Positions 1-10,903 of a stretch of 64,000 nt of DNA are shown here, piece by piece. Made by a program: the position numbers and the translations under genes. This DNA comes from Alphaproteobacteria bacterium. GTDB taxonomy: Bacteria > Pseudomonadota > Alphaproteobacteria > UBA8317. How positions within the stretch are numbered: the first letter of the stretch is position 1; each line of letters begins with the position of its first letter. The stretch covers positions 44,067-108,066 of the forward strand of contig JAYPQH010000030.1 in the NCBI GenBank assembly GCA_038131935.1. The letters run 5' to 3'. Below the pieces are notes generated by a model. The model was given only the letters and a program-made list of their open reading frames with translations, was not told the origin of the DNA and made no database searches.

Positions 1-289
1 TGCCATCAAAACCTTCTTGAAAGCCCCGCATCCCCTCGTGGAAAAAATCGTTTGCCATATCCCCATTCACCTCACTGATCATTACCTGTGTCATGTCACA
101 TTTTTAAAAAACCTACAGGCTTCATCAAAAATATTTTGTCACCAAATATACCCTACCCATTGCGATCATGGTCTGCGCATTAAGTTGTTTCAAATCTTCT
201 CAATACCTTTGTTTTTGTAGGCGTATGGGATGCTCGGTTGCTGAGGGTCCCTGCGGTATCTTCATGTTGATGGTATCATATCAACTGAG

Positions 290-1147
290 TTATTTGATAA
301 TGAATATGGGTACTTTGCATGAACGGATCATGGCTGTGGTTGTGGAACCAATGATCAAATTGCGGATGCGGCTATGCCCATAGGCACCCATCATAAGAAG
401 TTGTTGGGGCTTTGCATCTGTCATGGTTGCAAGGACGTTTTCAGGTTCACCATCTTGCAGGTGAATGCCCGTTATGTAACCCGCATTCTCCAATTGTTGA
501 CAGGCATTCCTCATCAATCCATCAACCCAATCTGATCTGTGGCCAACATAAACAAGCGTGATCTTATGTTTGTTAAAAGATGGATTATGTACCAGATAAT
601 CAAGAATTTTTTGAGATGAAGTTCCACCGTCATATGCGATGAGAAGATCATCAAAAGGCTGAAAGGCCCTATTGGCTACAAACACTGGTCTGTGACTTGC
701 CCGAACAATACGCTCGAGATTGGATCCTATATGATCCATAGCCTTGCTGGCATCAACCCCACGTTTGCCTAGGACGATGATGTCGCCTTGGGTCTCTTCT
801 TTGATCACGCTTTCAACCAACTCACCTTGGCGTAATCGGGTTTCTACGTCTGAAACCCCTTGGGAGGTGAGGATGTCACGGGCATCGTCCAAAATCGCAC
901 GTCCCTGAGCATTTGCAAGTTTTGCTTGTGCCTCATCCAAACGGGTCAATTGTTCCAATAAAGCCGTTCGTGCGCCGAGTTTTATAGCCCCACTGAGGTC
1001 CTGGTTTGTCTGGGAATTGGTTTTGGCAACAACATGATAGAGGCGGACGGCATGATGTTGTTTGCGGGCCAAAAAAGCAGCGTAATAGCATACACTTTCC
1101 GCGTAGCTTGAGCTATCCACCAACGCAATCAATCTGTTGGTCTGCAT
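290..1147 (-). CDS. universal stress protein family (UspA, two Usp domains)
   Basis: 285 aa ORF; tandem Usp-like segments with ATP-binding-type G-x2-G-x9-G(S/T) patterns (VLGKRGVD..SK; IIGSTTTAMI); clean start with upstream gap. Confidence 0.65.
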   Translation of the reverse strand: MQTNRLIALVDSSSYAESVCYYAAFLARKQHHAVRLYHVVAKTNSQTNQDLSGAIKLGARTALLEQLTRLDEAQAKLANAQGRAILDDARDILTSQGVSDVETRLRQGELVESVIKEETQGDIIVLGKRGVDASKAMDHIGSNLERIVRASHRPVFVANRAFQPFDDLLIAYDGGTSSQKILDYLVHNPSFNKHKITLVYVGHRSDWVDGLMRNACQQLENAGYITGIHLQDGEPENVLATMTDAKPQQLLMMGAYGHSRIRNLIIGSTTTAMIRSCKVPIFIIK

Positions 1148-1159
1148 AGGTTTCTCCCC

Positions 1160-2652
1160 TTAATGATCCATCAATTTATCAAGTCCGCCTTGTTTGTCAT
1201 GTAGCGCAAGGCGATCGACAATGGTTTCAGATGCCTCATTGAGGCCAATGATCTCCACTTCAGCCCCCTCACGGCGGAATTTGAGTACGGCCATATCCAG
1301 GGCCGTGACGGAAGAAATATCCCAAATATGAGCACGACTCAGATCAATCGTGACATGTTCGAGGGCTTCTTTAAAGTCAAATGAGGCCATAAAGGTCTCA
1401 GATGAGGCAAAAAATAATTGCCCTACGATCGTGTAGGTTCGGTGTAGGCCATCGGGGGTGATTTCTGATTTTACGTGAAAAAGTTGAGAAATTTTCCACG
1501 CAAAGAAAATCCCTGATAGAAGTACACCCACCAGCACACCAATGGCCAAATTATGGGTGGTGATAACAAAAAAGACGGTGGCAAGCATGACGATGGATGA
1601 TGATTTAGGATGTTCCCGAAGATTTTTGATAGATGACCAAGAAAATGTTCCAATGGAAACCATGATCATGATCGCCACCAAGGCAGCCATGGGAATAACA
1701 GCCACCATATCGCCCATCACCACCACCAAAATCAGAAGAAGAACACCAGCTGGTAAAGGATGATAACCGTCCGCGACCACCTGATTTAACGTTGATGATG
1801 GATTGGCCAATCATTGCACAACCTGCCATGCCACCAAGAAACCCTGTGAGGGTATTTGCCATGCCTTGCCCTATGCATTCGAGGTTTTTTTGTGAACTGG
1901 TGTCGGTTAATTCATCAACGATTTGTTGCGTCATCAAACTCTCGAGAAGTCCCACCACAGCGACGGCCACCGCATAAGGGAAAATAATGGTGAGTGTTTC
2001 TAGCGTAAGAGGTATCTCTGGGATCAAAAATACCGGCAAGCTGTCTGGAAGGTCCCCCATATCCCCAACAGTTCGGACATCCAAATCCAGTCCCAAACAT
2101 AAAATGGTCAAAACAATGATTGTAATTAAAGGTGAGGGAATGGACCGGGTAAGTAAGGGAAACAAGTAGATGATACCCAAACCCAAGGCAACCAAAAGAT
2201 AGGTCAGGGGTAGGGACTTTCTGGGGATCAAGCTCAGGCAACTGTGCGAGGAAAATAAGTATGGCAAGTGCATTCACGAAACCTGTCATCACAGATTTGG
2301 AAACAAATCGCATCACGTAGCCAAGGTTTGCGATGCCTGCACCAATCTGTAGTAAGCCTGCAAGAACCGTGGTCGCAAGAAGATATTGAAGTCCATAATC
2401 ACGGACCAATGTCACCATCAACACGGCGGTTGCTGCCGTCGCAGCAGAGATCATACCAGGTCGGCCACCTGCGATGGCTGTGACAACAGCAATCGAGAAT
2501 GAGGCATAAAGACCAATTTTAGGGTCCACGCCTGCAATGATGGAAAAAGCAATGGCTTCGGGAATAAGGGCGAGGGCAACAACCAATCCTGAGAGTAAGT
2601 CGCCTCGGATATTATGAAACCATTGTTGGGAATATTGATGAGAAGAATACAT
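1160..2652 (-). CDS. SulP-family anion permease with C-terminal STAS domain, broken into three overlapping frames (1915-2652, 1605-2273, 1160-1810)
   Basis: N-terminal ORF has the SulP signature region ([21 protein letters not shown].., [20 protein letters not shown]); last ORF ends in a STAS-like fold (..[21 protein letters not shown]..); at least two frame changes. Confidence 0.7.
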
Positions 2653-2843
2653 AACACTTTTCTGGACTGAAGGGCATAAATAAGGCAGGCTTTTGGAGTT
2701 TTGTTCGCCTGGTATGAAGGGGATGTAGCATAATGCGCAAGAAAATCATCAACCCATCCCAAAATAGCTGGGCGTAGCAAGTCAGAAATTATGTTATGGG
2801 TCATAAATACCACCAGCTTATGGTGAAGAGTTGAGAGGCTGAG

Positions 2844-3858
2844 ATGCATCAAAATCGGCAATGGGTGTTGGACAAATATCCAGAAGGTAGCGTTCTTCCA
2901 ACAGTTTGGCGCCTTCAAGAGACAGTCGTTCCAGAACTTGGTGCACGTGAGATTCTGGTCCAAACAAAATGGCTCTCCATGGATCCCTACATGCGTGGTC
3001 GTATGAGTGCTCATGCCAACTACACATCGGGTGTGGGCCTTGGTGAGGTCATGCATGGGGGTGGTGTTGCCCAGGTGATCGCCTCACGCCATCCAGATTG
3101 GAAAGAAGGAGATTTGGTTGAGACCATGGGGTTGGGATGGCAAGAATATGCCATATTGACCCCTGATGTGCGCGGACCTATGGCCTGTCACACCATTCCG
3201 AAAGATGTTCCTCCCCAAGCAAGTCTCTCTTGGTTGGGTATGCCTGGTCTTACAGCCTATGTGGGGCTGACACAGCTTGCCCGACCCTTGCCTGGTGACA
3301 CCGTTGTGGTTTCGGCAGCATCTGGGGCTGTGGGGCAAGTGGCAGGTCAGATAGCAAAATTGATGGGTGCGCATGTCATTGCTATTGCTGGTCATGAAGA
3401 TAAATGTGCTTGGTGCCGCGAAATTGGTTATGATGCCACCATTAATTACCGTACCTGCACAGATTGGTCTGAAACATTTCAAAATCTTGCGCCATCAGGT
3501 GTTAATGTTTTCTTCGACAACACCGGTGGTTCTATTCATGATGCTGTTCTGGCGCATTTGGCTCCTCATGCACAGGTCGTGATATGCGGGCGTATTGCGG
3601 TTTCGGACAAACAACCTCATGAAGATATAGGTTTGCGGGCTTCATCCCGCCTGATTGTGACCCGAGCCTCTTTACATGGTTTGGTTGTGTTTGATTGGTG
3701 GCATAAGCGTGATGAGGCCATGACCAAGTTGGCCCAATGGCATCGTGATGGACAATTACGGTTCAAAGAAGACATCGTCGAAGGTTTTGAGAATGCACCG
3801 AGGCTTTTTGTCGGATGATGAGAGGTGAGAACCAAGGTAAGCAGTTGGTCAAATTATA
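2844..3858 (+). CDS. NADP-dependent medium-chain dehydrogenase/reductase (YncB/CurA / leukotriene-B4 dehydrogenase-like); C-terminus resumes in another frame after ~3815
   Basis: Rossmann motif VSAASGAVGQVAGQIAKLMGA; the called ORF stops at ..FENAPRLFVG but the alternate frame gives the typical ..GENQGKQLVKL* ending. Confidence 0.7.
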
Positions 3859-3872
3859 AGGATGTTAAGGTG

Positions 3873-4682
3873 ATGGGAAAAATATTTGATAGCAAACATG
3901 CCCAAGCTGGGGACCCGCGCTTCGTCCGAAAAATGATCAGGCAACAAAAATATACTGGCCATACAGCAGGTTTGGCACCTGGGTTTTTGCAAGGAAATCT
4001 TATTGTTCTCCAAGGCGATTTGGCCATGGATTTCTTCCGCTATTGCCAACGAAACCCCAAGCCATGTCCTTTGGTTGGGGTATCGGATACAGGAAATCCT
4101 TTTCTATCAACCTTGGGAGTGGATATTGATATCCGAAGTGATATAGGCAGTTATCATGTCTATCGCGATGGAATCCACACAGATACCGTGCATGATATCT
4201 CTGACTTGTGGTGTGATGACATGGTTGCGTTCATCATTGGTTGCTCCTTTACATTTGAGCAGGCTTTGGTTGAAGCGGGGATATCATTACGCCATTGGGA
4301 GGAAGACACGACGGTCTCCATGTACAAAACCAATATTCAAACGGTGCAAGCAGGAGATTTTGGCGGGGGCATGGTGGTGTCCATGCGGCCTATGTCCATG
4401 GCTGATGCCATACGTGCTTGTGCCATCACAGCACGTTTCCCTCAAGGTCATGGTGCGCCGGTTCATATTGGTGACCCGGAAGCCATTGGTATTCGTAACA
4501 TCCATCAACCTGATTTTGGTGAGCCCACACCTATTCGTGCAAACGAAGTTCCAGTTTTCTGGGCATGTGGGGTGACACCACAGCATACTGCGTTACGCGC
4601 CAAGCCGCCTTTAATGATCAGTCATAAACCAGGATCAATGTTGGTGACGGATATTCCCTCATATCAGCAAGAAAGCTGTTGA
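3873..4682 (+). CDS. DUF1445 / putative hydro-lyase (D-glutamate cyclase-like) family protein
   Basis: Internal Met at MGKIFD..; conserved block GLAPGFLQGNLIVL typical of PF07286-type hydro-lyases; call is from motif memory only. Confidence 0.45.
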   Translation: MGKIFDSKHAQAGDPRFVRKMIRQQKYTGHTAGLAPGFLQGNLIVLQGDLAMDFFRYCQRNPKPCPLVGVSDTGNPFLSTLGVDIDIRSDIGSYHVYRDGIHTDTVHDISDLWCDDMVAFIIGCSFTFEQALVEAGISLRHWEEDTTVSMYKTNIQTVQAGDFGGGMVVSMRPMSMADAIRACAITARFPQGHGAPVHIGDPEAIGIRNIHQPDFGEPTPIRANEVPVFWACGVTPQHTALRAKPPLMISHKPGSMLVTDIPSYQQESC

Positions 4683-4704
4683 GCAGATAACAAAGATTTT
4701 TGAT

Positions 4705-5562
4705 TTACATAGCTTCCTGCCAAGCCACACAAGCAGAAGATGCAACAAAATAAGGATTCCTCCAAGAAGGGCCTCCATAACGCAACTCTCCCTGGCCATC
4801 GACATGGGACACGAAACCACCAGCTGCATTAACAATGGCATGAGCTGCGGCGGTATCCCATTGCATGGTTGGGGCAAATCGTGGGTAAATGTCGGCTTGC
4901 CCAGCTGCAATCATACAAAATTTCAAAGATGAACCATAACTTTTGATATGTTGTGCATGAAGCTGAGTCAGTAGTTTGTGGGTTTGTGGATCACGGTGAG
5001 AACGTGAGCCCACGGCAATTAAGCCCGTCTCCGCAATTTGATGATCATCACGGCATGTGATGATTTGCGCTTGTGTCATTCCTGAGAGGATTACATCATC
5101 TGATGCACGCCAGTCAGGAGGCAAAATTTCTCGGGTGGCTTTGCCATCGCTTGTTGTTAAGAACAATTCTCGCCATGCAGGAACGAACACACAGCCTACA
5201 AGGGGTTTCCCCTCCTTAACAAAACCAAGGTTAACGGTGAATTCATCCCGACGGTTGATAAATTCTTTGGTGCCATCCAAAGGGTCAATTAAGACGAATT
5301 CATCTGGAAGATGAAGGGGAACGTCCTCGAGGCGCTCCTCACTGACTTGGCATAAGTTGGGAAGGTTTGCATGCAAAAGATCACGGATGATCTCATCGGC
5401 ACGATGATCAGCCATGGTTACGGGGGAGCCATCCGTTTTCATATGAATGTTCATAGATGTCTGTTCATAGATCTCCATGATGGCACGTCCGGCCAAAATT
5501 GCAGCCTGACGAAATAATGGGGCCAAAATTGCAAGGTCGTGAGGCTGGGTCGTTGATGTCAT
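4705..5562 (-). CDS. cysQ: 3'(2'),5'-bisphosphate nucleotidase CysQ (inositol monophosphatase family)
   Basis: IMPase-family motifs DPLDGTKEF and WDTAAAHAIV; length 285 aa. Confidence 0.8.
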   Translation of the reverse strand: MTSTTQPHDLAILAPLFRQAAILAGRAIMEIYEQTSMNIHMKTDGSPVTMADHRADEIIRDLLHANLPNLCQVSEERLEDVPLHLPDEFVLIDPLDGTKEFINRRDEFTVNLGFVKEGKPLVGCVFVPAWRELFLTTSDGKATREILPPDWRASDDVILSGMTQAQIITCRDDHQIAETGLIAVGSRSHRDPQTHKLLTQLHAQHIKSYGSSLKFCMIAAGQADIYPRFAPTMQWDTAAAHAIVNAAGGFVSHVDGQGELRYGGPSWRNPYFVASSACVAWQEAM

Positions 5563-5802
5563 GATGAAAATCTCTTTACAGCTTTGCCCATATTTATCTC
5601 GGGCGATTGGTTATCCTGCTTCTTAACCAAGCCAAAAACGAAAAACAAACATCTATCCTAGGGGTTGGTTTTTTGCACATGAACCATCAACGTCAAATAT
5701 TTGGCATTGTTTTTGCTCTCACGACCTAAAAGAAAGGGTCTTGCGAAAATCCGCTTGAGAAATGGTGGTATTTTCGTCGTTGGTTTTTTTAAGGGGGATG
5801 CG

Positions 5803-7141
5803 ATGTCAACCACAGCGCTAGCCGGTTTGCAAGCGGCGCAAAAGCATATCAGTGCGGCAAGCAATAATATTGCAAACGCCTCATCAATTGGTTTTAAGAA
5901 ATCGTCTGCCAATTTTGCTGATATTGTAAAGTCATCATCTCCCGAAACAGCAGGCATCAGCCCGTCTGGGTTGGGGACAAGAAGCTTGAATGTGCGTGAA
6001 GACTTTACCCAAGGCCCCATCAAAGCTACGGGTCGTTCGTTGGATGTGGCTGTGGTTGGTGAAGGCTTCTTGATCAAAAGCACCACAGCTGGTGATGCAG
6101 ATAAACTTAAGTTGACGCGAGATGGACGCCTTAGCTTGGATGATCAGGGCTGTCTGGTTGATGGCCAAGGATGTTTTGTGCTTGGCGCCGATTTGCAAAA
6201 ACTCACCATCGAAGGAAGTTTGACCCGGGAAACAACAAAGCTAACCTATGATGTTGATCCAAATGATTTGGATTTGTTGTTAGGCGGGTTTAACCCAAAG
6301 ACGTCTCTTGTGGATCAGACCGTAAAAATTGGCCTGAGTAAGCTGAATGACGGGCAGTTTGCTGTTCAAAAAACAGAAGTCCCTGATTTGGCAAATGATG
6401 CGGTATCCATTGTGGGTACCACCGTATATAAAGGTGATGGGGTTACAGCTTTGCCCGTCGCACGACTTGATGAGAATTATGGCCCCACCACAGGGGCCTC
6501 ACTAACGCTCTCTTTCCTTGATCCAACAATTCAAGCGACCGATGATGGCGTAAGTCCAGATAGCTCCGCGCCCGTATCAGAGCAAGCCGTTGGTTTTGAA
6601 ATTGAAGATATGTTCTCCTTCCTAGGTTTGGTATCTGTTGAGGCCAACATGGATAATGATCGTGCAACACTCCCTTTAGAGGGTATGATGACGATCACGG
6701 TTAATAACGAGACGGGAACACCGGCTGTGAGCGAGATTTATCCCCTTCGCGAGTTAAATCGTGAAGATGGACCTGCCCGTACCGTGGAGTTGTCCAACAT
6801 AGAAATTTCACAGCAAGGTCTCATCAATGTTAGTTATGCCAATGGCTTGTTTGTGAAGCAGGTTGGACCCTTGGGAATCGCATACCTTCCCAATCCAGAA
6901 GAACTCCAAAAACTCTGGAATGGGTGATTATGCACTCAGTGAAAAAACCCAAAATGTCCAAATCTTGGCAGCAGGTGTGGGGGGCAATACTGCAATCCAG
7001 CAAGGTGCGTTGGAACAGTCAAATATTGACTTAACTACAGAATTAACGGGATTGATTTCTTCTCAAATGATGTTTCAAGCTACCGCCAAAACCTATCAAG
7101 CCACTGGTGAAATTATCAATAAAATCGCAGATATTCGCTAA
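5803..7141 (+). CDS. flgE: flagellar hook protein FlgE-like, frameshifted near 6920
   Basis: N-terminal rod/hook domain (ALAGLQAAQKHISAASNNIANASSIGFKKSSANFADIV) and C-terminal domain (GALEQSNIDLTTELTGLISSQMMFQATAKTYQATGEI) lie in two frames; good RBS AGGGGG before ATG 5803. Confidence 0.75.
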
Positions 7142-7193
7142 AAGCCTAGCTTGTCAGAGACGGTCATGAAATAGTTGCATCATAACCTTACCG

Positions 7194-7571
7194 ATGAGGA
7201 GCATGGTTGTGATAGATATCAGAGCATTACCTGAACTTGTGCGTGATGATCCCTTTTTGGTCCATCGTGGGCGGCATGCACGCTTTCGTTTTTTACTTCA
7301 CATAGGCCCAGAAGCATGGTGGATCGATGTTTGTGAAGGTTTTGTGGAGGTGTCCCCCAAAACACTCCCATCCCAAAGTGGAGACTTCTCTTTACGCGCG
7401 CATGAGGAAAGTTGGGCCAAACATTGGCAAACTGTACCTCCACGTGATTTTCATGATTTGTTTGCGATGTTGTCATCGGGACATTTAACAATGGAGGGGA
7501 ACTTGCTCCCTTTGATGCAGAATTTGCAACTTGTAAAAGATATCATAGCAAAATTGAGGTCATCGTCATGA
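7194..7571 (+). CDS. small SCP2-like (sterol-carrier-type) domain protein, tentative
   Basis: 125 aa; pattern ..FRFLLHIG..WWIDVCEGFVEV.. resembles SCP2 folds; stop overlaps the next start (ATGA). Confidence 0.35.
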   Translation: MRSMVVIDIRALPELVRDDPFLVHRGRHARFRFLLHIGPEAWWIDVCEGFVEVSPKTLPSQSGDFSLRAHEESWAKHWQTVPPRDFHDLFAMLSSGHLTMEGNLLPLMQNLQLVKDIIAKLRSSS

Positions 7572-8425
7572 ATGTCGTTTTTGAACCCATAAAAGGGCAA
7601 TATTTCAACATGGATGTGGCTGGTCAGCAAATGCGTATCTATGTTGAACATGCAGGCTCTGGCATTCCTTTGGTATGTTTGCACACGGCTGGTTCAGATG
7701 GTCGGCAATTCCGTCATATTTTGAATGATAAGGAGATCACCGAACATTTTCAGGTTTGGGTTTTTGATTTGCCTTGGCATGGGAAGTCTAACCCACCTGA
7801 AGGTTTCGAACAGCAAGAATACAAACTGACAACCGATGGCTATAAAGAGATTATTTATGCCTTCTGTCAGCAACTAGGTTTGGATCGACCTGTCATGATG
7901 GGTTGCTCCATGGGCGGACGTATTGTGCTTCATTTGGCACTAGAAAATCCTGATATGTTCCGGGCGATGATTGCTTTGGAAGGCGCGGATCGTTTGCAAC
8001 CTTATTACGATCTTGATTGGTTGCATCGGCCCGATATCCATGGTGGTGAAATTCAAGCTGCCTTTGTATCGGCGCAAGTGGCCCCACAATCTCCGGACCG
8101 TTATCGCTATGAAACCCTTTGGCATTACAAACAAGGAGGTCCTGGTGTGTTTAAGGGGGATCTGTATTTTTATTGGCATGACGGACATTTTGATGACCGT
8201 TCCGTGTTGATTGATACAGATCGCTGCCCGGTGTACCTGCTCAGCGGGGAATATGACAATTCATGCACGCCAGAACGTATGCTTGCCACAGCGGAGAGGA
8301 TAAAAGGCTCAAAGGCAACAGTAATGCCCGGTATGGGGCATTTCCCTATGTCTGAAAATCCAGAACTCTTCCGCACCTATCTTATGCCTATTTTACAAGA
8401 AATTTTAGCACAGGAGGCACCATAA
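7568..8425 (+). CDS. alpha/beta-fold hydrolase
   Basis: HTAGSDG oxyanion region, nucleophile elbow GCSMGG, C-terminal GMGHFPMSENPE (acid/His region). Confidence 0.7.
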   Translation: MNVVFEPIKGQYFNMDVAGQQMRIYVEHAGSGIPLVCLHTAGSDGRQFRHILNDKEITEHFQVWVFDLPWHGKSNPPEGFEQQEYKLTTDGYKEIIYAFCQQLGLDRPVMMGCSMGGRIVLHLALENPDMFRAMIALEGADRLQPYYDLDWLHRPDIHGGEIQAAFVSAQVAPQSPDRYRYETLWHYKQGGPGVFKGDLYFYWHDGHFDDRSVLIDTDRCPVYLLSGEYDNSCTPERMLATAERIKGSKATVMPGMGHFPMSENPELFRTYLMPILQEILAQEAP

Positions 8426-8427
8426 AT

Positions 8428-9544
8428 ATGATGGTTACAGGATTTTTTTCTGACGAACGTTGTTTTTGGCATCATGGAGGCAATTACGCATTGACCATGC
8501 CTGTTGGAGGCTTTGTGCAACCCTTGGTGGCAGGAGGGTTGCCAGAAAGCCCTGAAACAAAACGGCGTTTGAAGAATTTACTCGAGGTATCTGGCCTGTT
8601 GCATGAACTGCAGGTTCAATCAGCAGAGCCTGTATCATTTGAACAATTGGCGCGCGTTCACACCGAGAGCTATCTCAAGGCATTCAAAAGAAGTCAGATG
8701 AGGGGGCGGGGAACTTGGTCTTCGCACACCATTTGGCGCTGGAGGTTATGAGGTTTGTGCACTTGCTGCTGGTTTGGCCACAACAGCTCTTCATCAGGTG
8801 TTGAGTGGCAAGCTTGATAACGCTTATGCACTTAGCCGACCACCGGGACATCACGCCTTGCCAGATTTTCCAAATGGTTTTTGTTTGATCAATAATATTG
8901 CTGTGGCCATTGAAGAAGCTCGGCATCAAGGTCTTGCCAAGAAATTCGTGGTTCTAGATTGGGATGTTCATCATGGTAATGGCACAGAAGCAATCTTTTT
9001 CGATCGCCCAGATGTTCTGACGATTTCCATTCACCAGGACCGAAATTATCCTATGGACACAGGTCAACCAGATGTTCGCGGGAAAGATGCAGGTCATGGA
9101 TTTAATCTTAATCTGCCCCTACCACCAGGCGCTGGTCATTATGCCTACATGCAGGTCATGGAGCGGTTTGTCATCCCGCAAATTCAGTCTTTCCAGCCAG
9201 ATGTTATACTTGTCGCTTGTGGGTTTGATGCATCAGCCATGGACCCTCTTTCACGAACCTTGGCAACCGCGGAAACTTTTGCACGTATGACAGCCATGGT
9301 CATGGATGTGGCCGAGCAAGTCTGCAATGGGCGGTTGGTTATGGTGCATGAAGGTGGGTATTCTGAAGCGCATGTTCCTTTTTGTGGCCATGCTGTTATC
9401 TCGCAATTGGCAAAGAGTCCTATCGACGTTCCTGATCCTCTTGCAGAAACCTTGCGGCTTCGCCAGCCCGACCCAAGATTTGATCGGTTCGTCGATACAT
9501 GGCTTGATGATATTGAAGCTGTTCTTGCCCCAGAAAAATCGTGA
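8428..9544 (+). CDS. histone deacetylase-family amidohydrolase (acetoin-utilisation AcuC / acetylpolyamine aminohydrolase-like), frameshifted at a G-run ~8699-8711
   Basis: HDAC motifs SRPPGHHA, DWDVHHGNGT, GGGY..; N- and C-parts in different frames joined across gagggggcgggg. Confidence 0.75.
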
Positions 9545-9592
9545 TATGTTATGGCCGATATCTTGGCTTGGACCAGATATCGGCCGATGAAT

Positions 9593-10147
9593 TTAAAGTT
9601 TTTTCTTTTCTGAATGGATACCGGTCGCTACCAAGAAGCGCGACACCATATTATAAGCCGCGGTCACCGCAATAAGTTCCACCAAATGCCCAGATCCAAT
9701 CTGTGACAACAGGCGTGATTTAAGCTCTTCGGGAACAACAATATCGCGGGTCATGGCCACAACAAGCGCCACAGCGTCACGCTCTAGGTCATTGAATAAC
9801 GAGGCATCAAAAGCATCGCTACCTGCTTTCAACAAAGCATCGGCTTGAGCTTGGCTTGCACCTTCTGCAACATATATCGGCGCATGGGCTTCATATTCGT
9901 AATCAGCCTTGTTGATGACAGCCACCACACACATGGCCAACTCGCGCAGCTGTGGGTTTAAGGTCAATTTGGTGCGAAGGTTGCCCATGTAAATATTCCA
10001 CCCCTCGGCAACAACCGGACTGTGAAGAAGCATACGGTCTAGCTTCATCAAGCTGCCGCCGCGGCGTGCCCGAATGGCGGCACATAATTCGGCTGGTTCA
10101 TTGTGATCGAGGGGCAAAAGTTCAAGTTGTTCCATGATTATCCTCAT
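9593..10147 (-). CDS. carboxymuconolactone decarboxylase / AhpD-like family protein
   Basis: 184 aa, all-helical CMD-like sequence (LRELAMCVVAVINKADYEYEAHAP). Confidence 0.6.
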   Translation of the reverse strand: MRIIMEQLELLPLDHNEPAELCAAIRARRGGSLMKLDRMLLHSPVVAEGWNIYMGNLRTKLTLNPQLRELAMCVVAVINKADYEYEAHAPIYVAEGASQAQADALLKAGSDAFDASLFNDLERDAVALVVAMTRDIVVPEELKSRLLSQIGSGHLVELIAVTAAYNMVSRFLVATGIHSEKKKL

Positions 10148-10177
10148 TTGTTGACATTGTTGGCACGCTCCATGCTG

Positions 10178-10903
10178 TCACAGGGCGAGATATTCCTTTT
10201 GGACTTCGGGTTGCCGTTGCAGATCATGGCTTGTACCTGTCCATTCGACAAGGCCATTACGTAAAATGATATGTCGATCACAAATACGTAACATTGCCTT
10301 GGGGTTTTGATCGATGAGTAAAATGGCTTGGCCAGAGTCTCTAAGCTGATGTTGAAGTACATACCAGACTTCTGCCCGCATGAGCGGTGCCAATCCCTCA
10401 GTGGCCTCATCAAGCAGCATGACCAAAGGATTTGTCATCAACGCTCGGCCAATTGCAAGCATTTGTTGCTCACCCCCAGATAAAGTGCCTGCAAGTTGAT
10501 ACCGTCTTTCTTTCAACCGTGGAAACAGATCCATCACACGATCACAGGTCCAAGGTTGCGCCACATGACGGCGGTTGGCGGCAACGCAGTATAGGTTTTC
10601 TTCCACATTAAGGGTTGGAAAAACTTGCCGCCCTTCAGGAACATAGCCCAACCCATATTGTGCCACATGATGACTAGGCTCGCGCGGATGGGTTTTGTGC
10701 CCCATGATGATACGCTCCCCCGCCATTAAGGGGAGAATACCCATGATCGTCTTCATAAGCGTGCTCTTGCCCATACCATTGCGACCAAGAAGGCCAACGA
10801 TTTCTCCAGGATAAATCGTCAGGTCTATATCAAACAACACCTGAAGATTGCCGTAACCAGCTTGAATACCGCGTAGCTCAAGAAGAGGCGTGGGGTGGAT
10901 CAT
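10178..10903 (-). CDS. livF: branched-chain amino acid ABC transporter ATP-binding protein LivF
   Basis: Walker A GRNGMGKST, signature LSGGEQQMLAIGRAL, Walker B LLLDE; last gene of a five-gene operon. Confidence 0.85.
   Translation of the reverse strand: MIHPTPLLELRGIQAGYGNLQVLFDIDLTIYPGEIVGLLGRNGMGKSTLMKTIMGILPLMAGERIIMGHKTHPREPSHHVAQYGLGYVPEGRQVFPTLNVEENLYCVAANRRHVAQPWTCDRVMDLFPRLKERRYQLAGTLSGGEQQMLAIGRALMTNPLVMLLDEATEGLAPLMRAEVWYVLQHQLRDSGQAILLIDQNPKAMLRICDRHIILRNGLVEWTGTSHDLQRQPEVQKEYLAL

Noticed and set aside
1-289. Possible 5'-partial minus-strand gene at the window start
   Set aside because: Only ~50 nt of a possible N-terminus is visible, with no recognisable motif, which is insufficient to call.
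2451-3056. 201-aa ORF antisense/overlapping the MDR reductase start region
   Set aside because: Low-complexity, no motifs, and it overlaps a well-supported gene. Typical shadow ORF.
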